The notes below the pieces were generated by a model. That model searched no databases. It was not told where the DNA came from and saw only the letters and a program-made list of their open reading frames with translations. A stretch of DNA of 64,000 bases from Dimorphilus gyrociliatus (Eukaryota; Animalia; Annelida): NCBI GenBank assembly GCA_904063045.1, contig CAJFCJ010000025.1, positions 186,001 through 250,000 on the forward strand, written 5' to 3'. A program made the translations under genes and the position numbers. Numbering within the stretch: the first letter of the stretch is position 1; each line of letters opens with the position of its first letter. Shown here one piece after another: positions 50,542-64,000 of this stretch.

Positions 50542-53500
50542 TACAGAGACATATTTATATATATATATAAATTTATATATACATATATTGTATATAGAAA
50601 GGAAGAGGAGAGGGAATGTTAAAAAATAATACAGTAGACAGAAAATAGCAACTGCAAAAAAAAGCTTCATATTATATATTACTAAATAATATTTAATGAA
50701 AATAACAAGAAAAAGGAGAATATTAATTAATATAAAGACTATCACAGTGATATTTAGGCATTATATAAAATAGATACGTTTGAAAATAGTTGCTATTAGT
50801 TCAAGTTATTACGATATATCTATGTATAGTGTATACATGCTGTGTATTGTATTAATTATCAATATTATCCATTTCTGATATGTTAAGTATGTAAACTATT
50901 TTATATATTGTATTAAAACAAACAAATATTAAAAATTTTCCTATGGAATTTATATTGGTTTGTCTACACAATATAGTAAAAGTACTATACAACCTTTTTA
51001 CTTGTATTTTTATCGTTGCTGTTCTAATGTTTTTATCGGAAGATTATTCTTATTTCTCTCTTTCTACTAATAATATTCTATACGTTATGTAATTAACATT
51101 AATAAATTTATATATAATTCGAGTTGAAAGGGCTTAGTTTTATCTATTTAACAAAGATAAGCTTGTTAAATTGCGGTAGTCTTATTAATTTTACGTAACT
51201 ATACCAAAGTAAACATTGTGCAGGCGTATAATACGTTTGTTTTCCGATACTTTTCCAAATAATGAACTTTTATTATACTTTACTGGAAATATAAATTGTA
51301 CAGGTAATTATTCTATATAAGAAATAGGGGAAAAAAAACATCTATTCCCTGTAGTTGTCCCTTCCTTTGTATATAATTTTACCTCGTTCTACTTCCGTTT
51401 GGTCTATTTAAAAACCTGTGTAACGAGTCATTTCCAATCTCACATGGGGAGGAGAAAAGTTATCTTAGATAAGAATCTCTCGGCACCTTCTACACGAATG
51501 CCCTTTAATTCTTACGGTAGCGTTTAAGTGGAAAATTGTGGTTTTACAGACACCATCCGAAATCCAACAGCATATTCCTCAATCAATATACTACAGAGAA
51601 TGTAATAACGTTCAAGAGGGGGGGGAAATATTCCGACACTAGGTGTCGCTGTAATCCCTGTTCGCTCTTCGTTTTCTCATTTTCCGTACAGTAGCGGAAA
51701 GGAGAGTTTAAAAGGAAGTAGGAAAGAGAGGAAAATACCCAGGAGTAGATAAGAACTTTAAGGATTTTTTTCTGTTTGAAACAATTCAAAGGAATATAAA
51801 ATATTTTGAGGAGGAAAGCTTATCGGATTTATAGACCTATACGTCTTCCTTATTAAAAGAGAAGAGGAGCAAGTAAGTCAAGAGAAGGAAAAATATAGAA
51901 GAGAAGAAGAGAATTAAAGGGAAAAAGAAACGAAAATAGACGGCTAGTGCTCTTCCTAATTTTTATTATACGCAAGGGATAGATGAAGTGCTGAAACGAT
52001 GGTTAGTTTCGACACGTTGTTTTTTTTTAACATAACGGATTATTTAAAGTTACGTAATTTCACCAATAGTGGAAAATTAATGGAAATATCGTTCTTCTAA
52101 TTATCTTTTATCCGTTTCTTATCGGAGCTCGCCGTGAGTACTTTTACTAAATATTCTCGTTCTTTTTCTTTTTTTTTTCTATCAACAATTTTCTATCTTT
52201 ACCCAACTTCCCTCGTCTTTTCAATCAACTAAAATCTACACACGTTATAAACATAATTACATTGAATGTAAACGTCTGCTAAGCAAAAAATAGCAAACAA
52301 GAGCAAACATTATAAGAAAAATGAGGTTTAGGCCTATAAAAGAAAAGGGGCTAAATATGATCATTATTACGAAAGTTGTACCTTAAAAGACGCAAAAAGG
52401 ATGGAGAAAAATATCACTTATTATATAAGAATTGAATTAAAAAAAGATGTTACATGATCCTCAATAATAACTTGAAACGCCTTATTATCTAATGAAAGTT
52501 ATGTATTAACCTTTAGTTTTTTTTGTCTTTTTTTGTTATTCTCGTTCTCGTTTTCTCTATTACTGTCGTTTGTAATACCATATGTAAATGTATAAATTAT
52601 CGTTGCAAAATATTTAGGTCACTGAACTTGAATATCTTTATTTCGCATCGGTTCGAAGTGTAAAAAAGATTTAAGAGGGACTTAAGTTAAAAAAGAAATA
52701 TTAAAAGCGTTACTACCATGTTATGTATTAATAAATAATAAAAGGGTGTTATAACGCTGTAAAAGGACGTATAAGAAAAGAATAATCTGACATAAATTTC
52801 CTTCTCTTCTATAGATACAATACGATTAAAAGAGATTTATAAAGGATTCTCTTAAAAATAAACTATTAATAGCATATTTATTATCATTCACAATCATTTC
52901 CACTTGTTTATTAAAAATTATTATATTCGTTGAAAACTGTATATGAATACAGATAGAAATTCGTATTGGAGAAAAATCTTTGAGTGTCATATAGAAAAGA
53001 ATCCAACCGCAAACTATCTTTATTCTATTTGTGTGTAGGCTTACCAGTCCCGTATTGGAAAAGGCTTACAGAGTATACATTTCATTTCTGATGCATTGTT
53101 TTATCATTAACTTTAGTTGAAAAGAATAAGGAAAACGCGTTTTTGTTGACATTGTAAAAGGTAAAAAAAAGGGCAATATGATGTGTGTCAAAGAAGTGTC
53201 AAGAACGTTTAATAAATGTTATACAAGGTGCTTGAACGTCTAAAGACGAATCGATCTCTTTTATACCTCAAAAAAAGGGCATCCTATTCTGCCAAAGACA
53301 TTTACAGCGAAAAAGAAAAGTTGATTAGTTTCGTAAAAAGAGTTCAGTTGAATAACAGTAACATAAAATATAAATATATATATTTAATCCTATTTTATGA
53401 TTAATAACATTATTTATCAGAGAAATTAGTTTCTCTTATTATTCTTCTAATTTTCATTTTATTTTTTTACACTGACCAATAATGATTGTGGCAAAAAGCC

Positions 53501-55460
53501 TATTTTCATATTATTTTTACTAATTATAGAAGAGAAAATTAACTATTTTAATATCTAAATATAGTATAACGTTTTTTAGTTTGCAATAAACAATTTAATA
53601 TTTTGTTTTTTTAAAAAGAAAACAAAAAGAACAAAAAAAATAGAATTATTACCGAAAATAAAAACCAAGTTATAAAAATACATTACACTTTCTTTCATTC
53701 TTTTTTACGCCATTAAACAATATTTGAACAAATGGATTAATGTATTATTACGCTGTACTTGAACCTTTTTTTAAAAAAGGTCAATTTCTGCTTACACATG
53801 GGCGTTAGCTTTTTAAAAATTGCGCGTCACTGAATCGTCTCTCTCTCTCTCTCTCTCTCTCGCTCTTTCTTTCGGTCGCTATTTTTAGATTAATGGTACT
53901 TGAACAGTTATTTTTTATTTTTCAGTTTTTATTCAAGTTAATGGTTTATATTTATTATATTTTACGTATCGAGTCTAAATTTATAACTTGTTCAATATGA
54001 GATTGTTAGATAACAAAGGGAAAAATGATTCTAGATTCTTAAACTCGCCCTTGAACATTATCAAGTCTTTTTTACTTAATATAAAAGTACATTGTTTACA
54101 CTTTACATTAGGTTTTATTACTCTACAATGCTGCTATAACAATAATTTATCCGGAATTTTGTAATAAAATCCTTTTACTTCTCTCCTTCTCTCTTTTTCT
54201 TCAAAAGATATAGAAATATTCCGTTAGAAAGAGCTAAACTGTCTTTTATAAACAATTAAAAATCAGTGAGCGTGTAAAAAATAACGGCTGGTTTACTTTA
54301 AAAGAGTGTAGGGGAGGGGTCAAAAGGGTCGAATAATATTTGCATTGACTACACGATTCTCTAGACGGCGTGCCGTCTCTTCCCATAAAAGAATCTATTG
54401 AATAGAAAAATTCTCTTTTTTTTAACTAATTTTTGAATAGAATCTTTCATTCATTCATTCATTCTTTCTTTCTTTATCAAACCTTCTCCTCCTCCATGAA
54501 TTATTGAAAGAGATTTTTTCCTCTTATTCATCTAGGAACAGAAGAAATATGCTATGGAAAGAAAGAAAAAAAAGGATTCTTTCTTTAAATCCTTCTAATA
54601 AAATATTTTTTAGTGCCCCGAGCGGAATTTTTAATAGATAGACGACGTTTTTCTATGTTTTATTACCTCCCCGAAGGCATACAAAAAACTTATTCTTCTT
54701 ACTCTTTCTTCTTTAGCCATTGAACATAGAATTTTGCGCTTGAATGTGATAAATAATACACTTTACGTTACAATGCAAAAACCAACATAGATCATAATAA
54801 TTAATCTTTTAATAATATTATACTATTTAAGATAATTTTATAGAAATTATGGTTAATTACTTTTTCACATTTTGTTCAATTTCAATAGTAAATTATAATA
54901 AATATAGAGGATGGAATGTTTTAATACATCCTGAGGAAAAAGGAGGAAAGGAACGAGTTAGTTTCATTCCTCATCTTATTGATCTTTGAAACAACGCTTC
55001 GACTTTATGATCATCGATTGAATGCTAACACTCATTGAATAGAAACACACTCTTATTCTCTTTCTATTTATTCTCGTAAATTGCCGATATTATTGCGTAA
55101 TGAGTCGAATCAGAAATTTTATTTTTTCCAACTAATTCTACGTGCCTTGTATTAATTGTTAAGGAAATAAAAAGCTCAATTGAATAAAGCTTCCTTTTCT
55201 TTCGTTTACTTTTTTTTGTAATATTTATTTAATCAATTAATTCATTTAGTTATAAAAAAAGCCAACAATGTGTAAATTCATTCATACATATCCATCTTTG
55301 TCTGCTGGAAAAATGATGAAAAGAAAAGTTAATTCATAGACTCAAAAGTTTTTGAAACATGGTCGTTTATTTATTTATTTGTTAGATTACGAATGGAAAT
55401 AAAGGGAAGGCAAGGGAGAGGAGAGATAGAACGGAGAGAGAAATAGGGAACGAGAGAGGG

Positions 55461-55461
55461 A

Positions 55462-55495
<34 letters not shown>

Positions 55496-55506
55496 GTGAG
55501 AGAGAG
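55461..55506. repeat. Compound (GT)n(GA)n microsatellite
   Basis: Read directly; boundaries approximate. Confidence 0.9.
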
Positions 55507-58500
55507 AAAAAAAAGGGAAATGTAGGTTTTAAAGTGTGGAAAAAAGTTGATTATTTCACGGGTAAGCGGTCCTATTCTTTAAATTGTCTTGTTATCGCAG
55601 CACGTTTCGCTTTTGTCCAACCGAATTTTAGCGTTCGATAATTGATGAAGCTCGCTGCTAAATACGTCGTTCGGAATTATGCATGCGTTTCGCTACTTCG
55701 CTGTGTTTATCCGCCGTTTTATCACGCTAGGCAGTGTCTAATTGGCGTGTCTCCGTTAATATTCTTATTATCTATGCATTTATATTCCTTTTTCTTGAGT
55801 GTTTAATAATTACTACTAAATAACTACTTGAGAGAATTGCTCTTTTAACCGTCTTTCTTTCGAGTTCTTTCCGGCCGTTAATTTTTTTCCTTTCTAAATG
55901 AAAGAAAAACGTGTGTGTGGCGCGACATAACAAAGAAAATTAACCACTAATTATTGGTATTACGCTATGATTAAATTAGCATAGCACTACCCTTTGGGCA
56001 AATTGGGTGATTATTTAATCATTTTCTTCAACAATTTTAGTATCATAGCAAGACTTATCGATTGATTAATCTTATTTTAAAATTTATTGCTATTATTATT
56101 ATTTTACTAATTAGGACAATGTGGAAATAGAAAATTAATTATTTAATAAGATTATTACACGTAAGGTCAATTCCTTTTCAAATAATCCTTTCACAACCTG
56201 TAATTATATACGGTACATTAGTATTAAGGATTATGATTAATCTTTATCTCCATTAAGTAAATTAAGAGTTAACTAAAACTCGTATTTTTTTTTTCTAAAT
56301 ACATAAACTAAAGAAGTGTAAAAAGCGAAAGGAAATCAAATTCTCTCTCTCTTTTTTAAATATAATGATATTAATAATATTCAATTAGTTTTCCTTACTG
56401 ACTTTTTAATTAGCGTTGGCGCCAAAAAATGGGCGATTAAATGTATTTGAGAGCGTCAATCAAATTGTCATTATTCATTGCCTTTGTTAAGTAAAATCTT
56501 TAATCGTAATTGTTTAATTTGATCAATCAATTTTGGTACAACTATAACTGTAACGTTTGTACCTCAATCACGCTATATAACCTTCCATATAACTGCAATT
56601 AAATTTAATAATTGACAAAGAGAAATGGAAAAGAAAGAAAGAGAAAGTAAGATGGAGTATACATTATTCAATAATATTTTATATTAACACATTTCAAGTT
56701 CTAATGGTCCTATTATCCTAAATATATATTTGTATTCTAGGAATAGGTAATGAGAACGATGACTCAATTCCAGATAACGCAAGTGTATTTCTCCCCTTCG
56801 CAATTAAATCTATCAATTAGCTTAAGTGCAATGTAGCTTTATATTATAAGTTTTTTTTTCTACCTCATCATCTGTACTATTAATATAGTAGGTTAATTTA
56901 AAAATGTCTTTATTCTTTATCTTCTTTTTCAAAAGGAGCGTTTATCAATTATTTAAGTTTTGTACATGTATAATATACAAATTCATTATCCATAAGGTAA
57001 ATACCACAATTACTATTATTCCTTATTTAATTCATTATTTTATGCATGTACATAAATATCTGTCTTGTTTTTCTCTTCTTATTCTCACCCTCTCTCTCTC
57101 TCTCTCTCTCCCCTCTGTATATCTGTATTTTTTTTTCATTTATCCTCTACCTAACCATTAATTCTATACTGTCAATATATTCTATAGTAGGAAGGATGAT
57201 GACCACCGTTAAAAAAAAGAAACACAAAGAATAATTATCTCTTGAATTTTTGTAATTTCACGCAGATTTAAACTCTTGAATAATTTATTAGGATTTTTGT
57301 CTTTGCATGTTTAATTATCAACTGGTGTTTCTTCCCTATTGTACAATAATTTCTCTTTTTTCTCTTTCTTTAATGAAAGAATATTTTAGCATCCCTTCTT
57401 AATTAAAATATGATTAATTAATAAAAAGGTTTACTGTAAAGGTTATAATATGATAATCTGTTTTAAAGTTTTTTTCTTTCTTAAACCTTGCATAACCAAT
57501 TCATTAATGTTCCTTATTGATTGTTGATCATTACAATCATTGAACGATTTTAGAGTTTATTTGCTTGTATTTTTAAAAACTGGGAAGGATAGAAAGAAAA
57601 AAACAAAAAAAATACAGAAAATGGAAGATATAGATGGAAAAAGAATGGAATAGTAGATAAAGAATAGAGTAAAAGTGTATACGTATAGTGGCGAATTGTT
57701 TAATCTTGTAAGAAATCAAGGGAAAATTGGGTAAAAAAATTTTCTTAGAAAAACTCTCTATATAAAATGTACTCTTAGACTTTGAACTGTCTAAAGAGAG
57801 AGAACTGTATTCTTTTTACTTGTTATTTTAAAAGTTTTACACCATTTTCACTCTCTTTCTTCTTCTTTCCTTTAGTTTTATATATAAAAGTGGAAAAAGT
57901 CGAAAATTACTGTTATTTACCTAAATTATCTAAGACATTCTGTATATTATAAATTGTATATTCAATGTAGAATAGTACTATGAATAGTAAATAAATGCCT
58001 CTCTATTTACTTCACAAGGCTTTTAAAGGGTTATTATAAGAATTTTCCCTATGAAAAGTAGTTATGTTCTTTTCGTCTTTATACTAAGAGAAGAGAAAAA
58101 AAAGTATATCAAGTGTACTAACTAATACGCCAACTTGAAGATCAAAACCCCGACATATTCCCAAGAACGTTCCATTCCTTGTACGATATTATTACTGTAG
58201 CATGGAAAGTACTTTAATCTATGAGAAAAAAATCATGATGATTATTATGAGTTTAAAAGAAACCGAAGTAAAGATTGAAAATAGAATTATGATATTAATA
58301 TTTTCCTGTTTTGTGTCTTTTTGCTCATTTTAATTAAAATGTATAACTTTTATCTATATATGAATAAAATTAATAAGATAAGGAAACACCCGATTAAACC
58401 AATTCTAGATTCAAATTGTCCTATATATAAACAAAGTTGCCTCTCAATATCTGACCGGATGCCATTTCATCTCTAAGCATACGGTAAACAACTCACAAGC

Positions 58501-59074
58501 ATATATTAAAAAAGACGGCAATAGACGCAATTAGGCCGATAAAGACGCCTCGCAATCGTCGAATCCCGTGGGTAATTTGCGCTTTACGGCGTCAGAAAAA
58601 AGCTTCCGCTGCATAATATAGATTGTATATGATGTAGATAAATACATGTATTTAATCGATATATACAGTATATATATACAGTATATATATATATATATAT
58701 ATAATATACTGTATATGCATAAATACATAGGTATTTTTACAGTTTACCAGTTGCTTGTCATACTGATATACAAATATCGTATCTATCCTATTCTTATCCA
58801 AATGTGTTGAGAGACTCTCTATATTTAACTCATCCAATGGTTTGTACTTAAAATATTCGGTATATATATAGGATATGCAGTATTCGACTTATCCTTTCGG
58901 TTTGATCGATTTACTACAAAATATATATAAAACCTACCCAAATTCGACAAGCTTCCTAATTAACGCCGACTTTTATTGTCAAGAAAGAAAATCTGGGAGT
59001 GGGAATAGTCCTAATTAATGGACCGCACCAATATGTTCTCTCTAAAACCGAGAGAAAGAGGGAAGAGGGAAAAG

Positions 59075-59078
<4 letters not shown>

Positions 59079-59108
<30 letters not shown>
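59079..59108. repeat. (GA)n microsatellite
   Basis: Read directly; boundaries approximate. Confidence 0.9.
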
Positions 59109-59112
<4 letters not shown>

Positions 59113-62100
59113 TATATTTTTATTATGAATTGATATAAACTGTAATAAACTTGCATAATTTATTTAAAAATAGAAAAAGAGAGTGGACAAGTGCGAGAAA
59201 TTTTTTATTTATTAATTTATTATTTATAGAATAAGCTTTATTGTACAACTATTCAACTGTAATATGAATAATATATATATACAATTTGTTATGCATAGTG
59301 TATTTATATTTATATTGAAACTATACGATTATGTAATAAGCGGATATTGAATCTTGAATGAGAATTTTTATTACATGAGCTACTTGTTAATTTTTATATT
59401 TTTAGTAATTTTTTAATAGATTTTATCTGTTTTATTAGCGTTATTATGTTATTAGTACGATATGCAATTGTAACAGAATACTAACTGAAACATTCTATTA
59501 CAATTAGAGATTATCTAACAAATTTACTAGTTAAATTAAACCTATTCAAGAGTTAATAAGATAGAAATTGATAAGATAGTAAGGAAAATATCCAATAGTT
59601 TGGAATAGGGAATAAGGAAAAAAGGGATAAATAAGAATGATTCATACTTGCTATAAAAGTGATTCTAAGCTTCATTTACGGCTTAAATCTATATGTCTTA
59701 TTCATATAAATGCACAACAACTTTAAAAGGAAATAATAAATATGTATGTAAATATAGTACTATAGAGCAAGTAGTTGGGGGCAAACTGTAAATTGGATGA
59801 CGAGTTAAGCGCGTTGCGGAGAGGATCAGTGCAGTTGTTTGCAAACACGTCTAAAAATTGTTTACCTATGTGAGAGATTCAAATTTCGTAAATAAAAGAA
59901 GGAGGAGAGTAAGGCTAAAAAAGTTTTCGAGTGGTGGAATGTTATACTATTATGTAATTGTGATGTAAGGCTTAACGAAAAGCCATAAATATATACAACG
60001 ACGGCCAAAGCTATCAAGCAAATGCAGTCGGTGTGTCTGAAGGCTTAGCTTGTAATGCGCGAGTTAAGAGCGTTCCCTAGGGGTTTTTACTGAATATTTT
60101 AACGTCCAATAAGCATATTTACTCAGTTTGTCAAACGGATGGACAGGAAACGCCTCTCGGACATTGTAACGCCTCATAACGACTTTTAACAAACTTAATC
60201 CCATCCTGGAGTCGTACGACGTTATTCGCCTCTCGTCCTTTTCCTTTAATGAATAAAATAACTTAACTACAGGATATTAGTTAAACCTACGCGCCCTCTA
60301 ATGGTACTATCTAAACGAATTATGGTTATTGATGGGTGGTACCAAGCTCGTTTCAAGAAGAAGAATTTAGAGAGGTAACATAGTAATGGATTTCGATCCT
60401 TGATGAAGATTAACGAAATTAGAATCTCTAAAGTTGAAATTTACCATTCTATTTTTAGTAAGAAAGAAAATTCAAAGCGTTAATCACCCGCCAAACCACA
60501 TTAATTTCACTTTATATAATGCAATTTGTCTGTCTTGGGAATGGGAAGCATGGACCTCCGTACAAACTCATCAAATTGATACCATCATTAGGCTAAATCG
60601 AAAAAAGAACTATTTATAATTTGAACATTCTTAAAGCAACTTTTGATTGTATTAACTCTATATCTATCCATCAAACATACATATACATATGTATTTAAAC
60701 ACTCTCTCTATCTCTCCACGCTTCCTTCTGTCTTTGTCCTTCCGTCACAACTTTATATTCATTTATTCTGAACAATTGATCTGTTAACGATAGTTAGCAA
60801 GACTATACATTAAAAATGAATTGGAAAACTTTTGAAGCTGTTAGGAATTTAAGTAATAATTATTACATTCTATACAAAGTGCTTTTGGAGATTGGAAAGT
60901 GCAATTTGTATATATTATCCTAAATGGCGCTTAATCGCAACTCCTAACACGCAAGAACGATTTATAGCGAATTCTCACGATATACATTTTTTTAAATCCC
61001 ATATTTCTTCCTTCATTACAAAACAATAGGAGTAATGAGAATGAAAAGAATACAATTATAGGCCTACATTTTAAAGATAAATAGTTTATAAAGGGAAAGT
61101 AATATTGCGTTTATAGATAGTATAAAAATATAAACTTATAACTTATATATGCAGTATATAAAGTTTATTAAAGTTACTTTCCGTTAGATATTAACGCAAA
61201 ATCGATAGTGGCAAAGTGATATTTATGTTTAACCAGTTCAATGCAGGCTTTAACCCGAATTGACGCCCTGTAAACAAACGCTTTTGGCTTCTGTACCATA
61301 TTTTGATACTTTTCTTTACTGGCGGTATTATTCATAAAGCCTTTGATATATTGGAATTGTTCATGGTCGGGATTAAGATTATATTATATTGACCTAACTC
61401 TTTTCATAGATTATTTTTACATTTGGATTGCTGGAGTATGATTTTCAGTGATAAAAAAGTGATTTTACTACATTAGTTATATGGTTTAATACAATATATG
61501 ATCTGAATATGCTGGGTATATAACTCTACAAGCGTAAATAGAGTTGTACTCGACCTTGCGTTGCAGAGATGTAGATACGCTCTACCATGTATGTTTATAT
61601 CTTGATGTATTGTTAATGATAACTTAAAGAAAGTTATTATCTATTAATAATCTTTTAAGTAATACTACGTTATTTTATCATATCTAACCTATACACACGC
61701 ACACACATATATACTGTATATTTATTTATTAGTAGGGCAGTTTATATATTTTGCAGTTGGACGTATTTAGCGATCTGTTAACGCCTGGTGACGCCCTTAA
61801 ACCCTTTTACTGATTTATCGTCTACTCCTCCAGCCAATGGATGATAAATGATTGCTTTTACACATTTCTCTCCCATTCTCTTTACCCTTCCCTTGTCTTT
61901 GTTCTTTTTTTTTAAATAGCTTTCATAGAAAAGGGTGCGTTAAACTTCGAAAGAAAACCGGAAGCTTGTAAATATAACGCCACCCTTTATCTGAATGATC
62001 ATTGTCGTCTGAATACCCTGGACGATAATTCGTTGATGACGTCACGCAACAAGCTTTAAGCTCCGAAAATCATTCACCTGATTATTAAACTTTAAATAAA

Positions 62101-64000
62101 TTCCTTTAGAAAAGCACTGATAGAAGGATAAAATTCTTCTATTAAGAGGCAAAATGACGAAGTTCATCTCCCCTGGAGACTCGACGGAATATGCTAAGTA
62201 ATTAAGTCGAGAAGAACACTTTTTACTTTTTCCTTTCTTTTTGAGAAATAGGAGATATTGTACATAAATAATAGATAAAAGAATTTTCCCTTTTCGTACT
62301 TCCTTCATGTAAATGGGAATAAAAATACTAGACATTGCCGCACAATTTCTTATGACAAACGACGATTACGGTTTGTCGCCCCGGCAAGGAAACCGAATTA
62401 TTTACAAATGTCTTTTTATAAGTGGTACACTGTACTTTGATTAATGGCTATAGTATAATAAGAACAGACAGAAAAAAGTGAACACTTAAGTTGCTCGCAA
62501 CGACTTTCTCTTTGTTCTAATCATCGTATAGAAATCGAAAAGTGTAGATGTATGCATTACGTATTAGCATATACATATACTTATAACGTCCATTTTAAAC
62601 TACCGAACTAGATTCTTGAATGAATGGTAGTATGTTTATATGTACGTTTGTAAAAAAATCGTTACTTAAGCGCTAATCGGTTTGAAGTAGTTGCGTGCCA
62701 TGGTTCGCATCTTAATCGCATAATCGGACCGCAAATTGTCGTTTGTCGCGGGACAGTTGCAGCTGCTATCGTCTCAAAGCCTTATAGAAAAGCTCATAAT
62801 ACCAAAAGAAAAAAAATCTACCATATATGCCAGTTATTCAATTCCCAATGCAGAGATCACGAATATAAAGAAATAAACGATTAAGAAAAGCGGAAATGGT
62901 TGAAAATGATTTAAATAAGTAATATTAATTGATTTAATTAAATTTTATCATCGTTAAACACAATATTAAAAGGATTAAAAGGTGACAATCAAGAAAATCA
63001 CGTTAATTAATACGTTAAGAAATTAATTAATCTTGAGAGTTCAATGATGCGTCGAGAATGTTCATTAATCGTTTTTAACCGATTAAATAGACAACTAGTT
63101 GACTTTTGCGCTATTGGACAACATAGTCTTACTTAATCTATTATAGTATATCGCCTACAGGTATAAATTTTACTATATAGTATATACTATAGAGTATAGA
63201 CTATGTATTAAATCGGGGGGAGTTTACAAATAAATAACTAAATATATACGCTAATATATATCTATATATATGTCAATAATAAATCAACATATATAATTGA
63301 TGGAATATCTTATTTATTATTCCTGCTCTTTTATTCATGTATTAACTCGGAATAGATAAAATATCAAGTTTTTTGAAAGAGAGTCTGAGATAGGGACGTC
63401 TACAGATTAATGCAGTTGGGTGTGGAAGGCGAAGAGAATGCTAGTGAGTGGGTGGAAAAAGAAGAAATGATGGCCGTCTAGATAAAGAATTATAGATTTC
63501 AGTAGGTGTAGAGGGCATATGATGAACATTTATTATCCGAATTCTTTCGGCAGCGCTACCCTGTAAGCTCATCGTGTCAAAGTTCATTCTAAATAGGAGA
63601 ATCAGATGTAAAAAAAGAGAAACTCTACGTCTTTCATTACCTAGTTTTGACGTTGATGTTTTCATCGATTATTATGGAAACTTGTCAATAAGATAATAAA
63701 TGAAATATAAAGACAGTAGAGAGAAATTTAGTCCATTTATTTGTAATATGTTTGATAATTTCTATTTGTTTATAGTTATTACATTTTATTTTTAGTAATA
63801 CCTGTGAAAAATTATTACTATCTTTCTCTCTCTCTCTCTCTCGCTCGCTCTTTCTCCCTATCGCACTTTCTCTTATGTCACATATTCTATGAGCTCTTTT
63901 TACCTATTTCGTGACATGATTCGCTTGTTAATGGGATAATCGTATAGTAAATTGCAGTTTGTTGTGGGCGTTAAACATTCAGTCCCAGAAGGACACAAAA

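Noticed and set aside
1438-59156. Many track ORFs rich in SLSLSL, RERER, YIYI or FFF (for example 1438, 2742, 15094, 18267, 23808, 42655, 44718, 56904, 58956)
   Set aside because: These are translations of microsatellites and poly-T/A tracts, with no domain signal or splice support.
63557-63565. miR-10-like 5' end TACCCTGTA
   Set aside because: Only 9 nt match; the 3' portion differs and no hairpin was seen.

Overview
Very AT-rich eukaryotic (animal) genomic DNA with many (GA/CT)n and (TA)n microsatellites. I saw no prokaryotic features, CRISPR array, rRNA or tRNA. I spliced gene models by hand from GT/GC-AG sites and reading-frame phase, which gives nine protein-coding genes: a small divergent ETS-domain gene (9.4-11.1 kb), a small Cys-rich prohormone-like gene (11.9-12.4 kb), a long-intron TM-NIT-TM receptor-like gene with no cyclase domain (17.7-25.9 kb), and then a compact block with mostly short (50-70 nt) introns holding CDC20, ORC4, a coiled-coil (possibly geminin-like) gene, CD2BP2, CNPPD1 and a 12-exon FN3/Ig cell-surface gene (26.4-40.1 kb). 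In 1-9 kb and 40-64 kb I could not support any coding exon; these regions contain GC/CpG-richer, enhancer-like islands. The short introns and the NIT-type receptor fit a compact-genome invertebrate, for example a lophotrochozoan such as a meiofaunal annelid (inference only). The best candidate for an undescribed system is the cyclase-less NIT receptor, whose tail carries a Cys cluster and an RVxF PP1-docking motif. All family assignments come from recalled consensus motifs, not from database searches.
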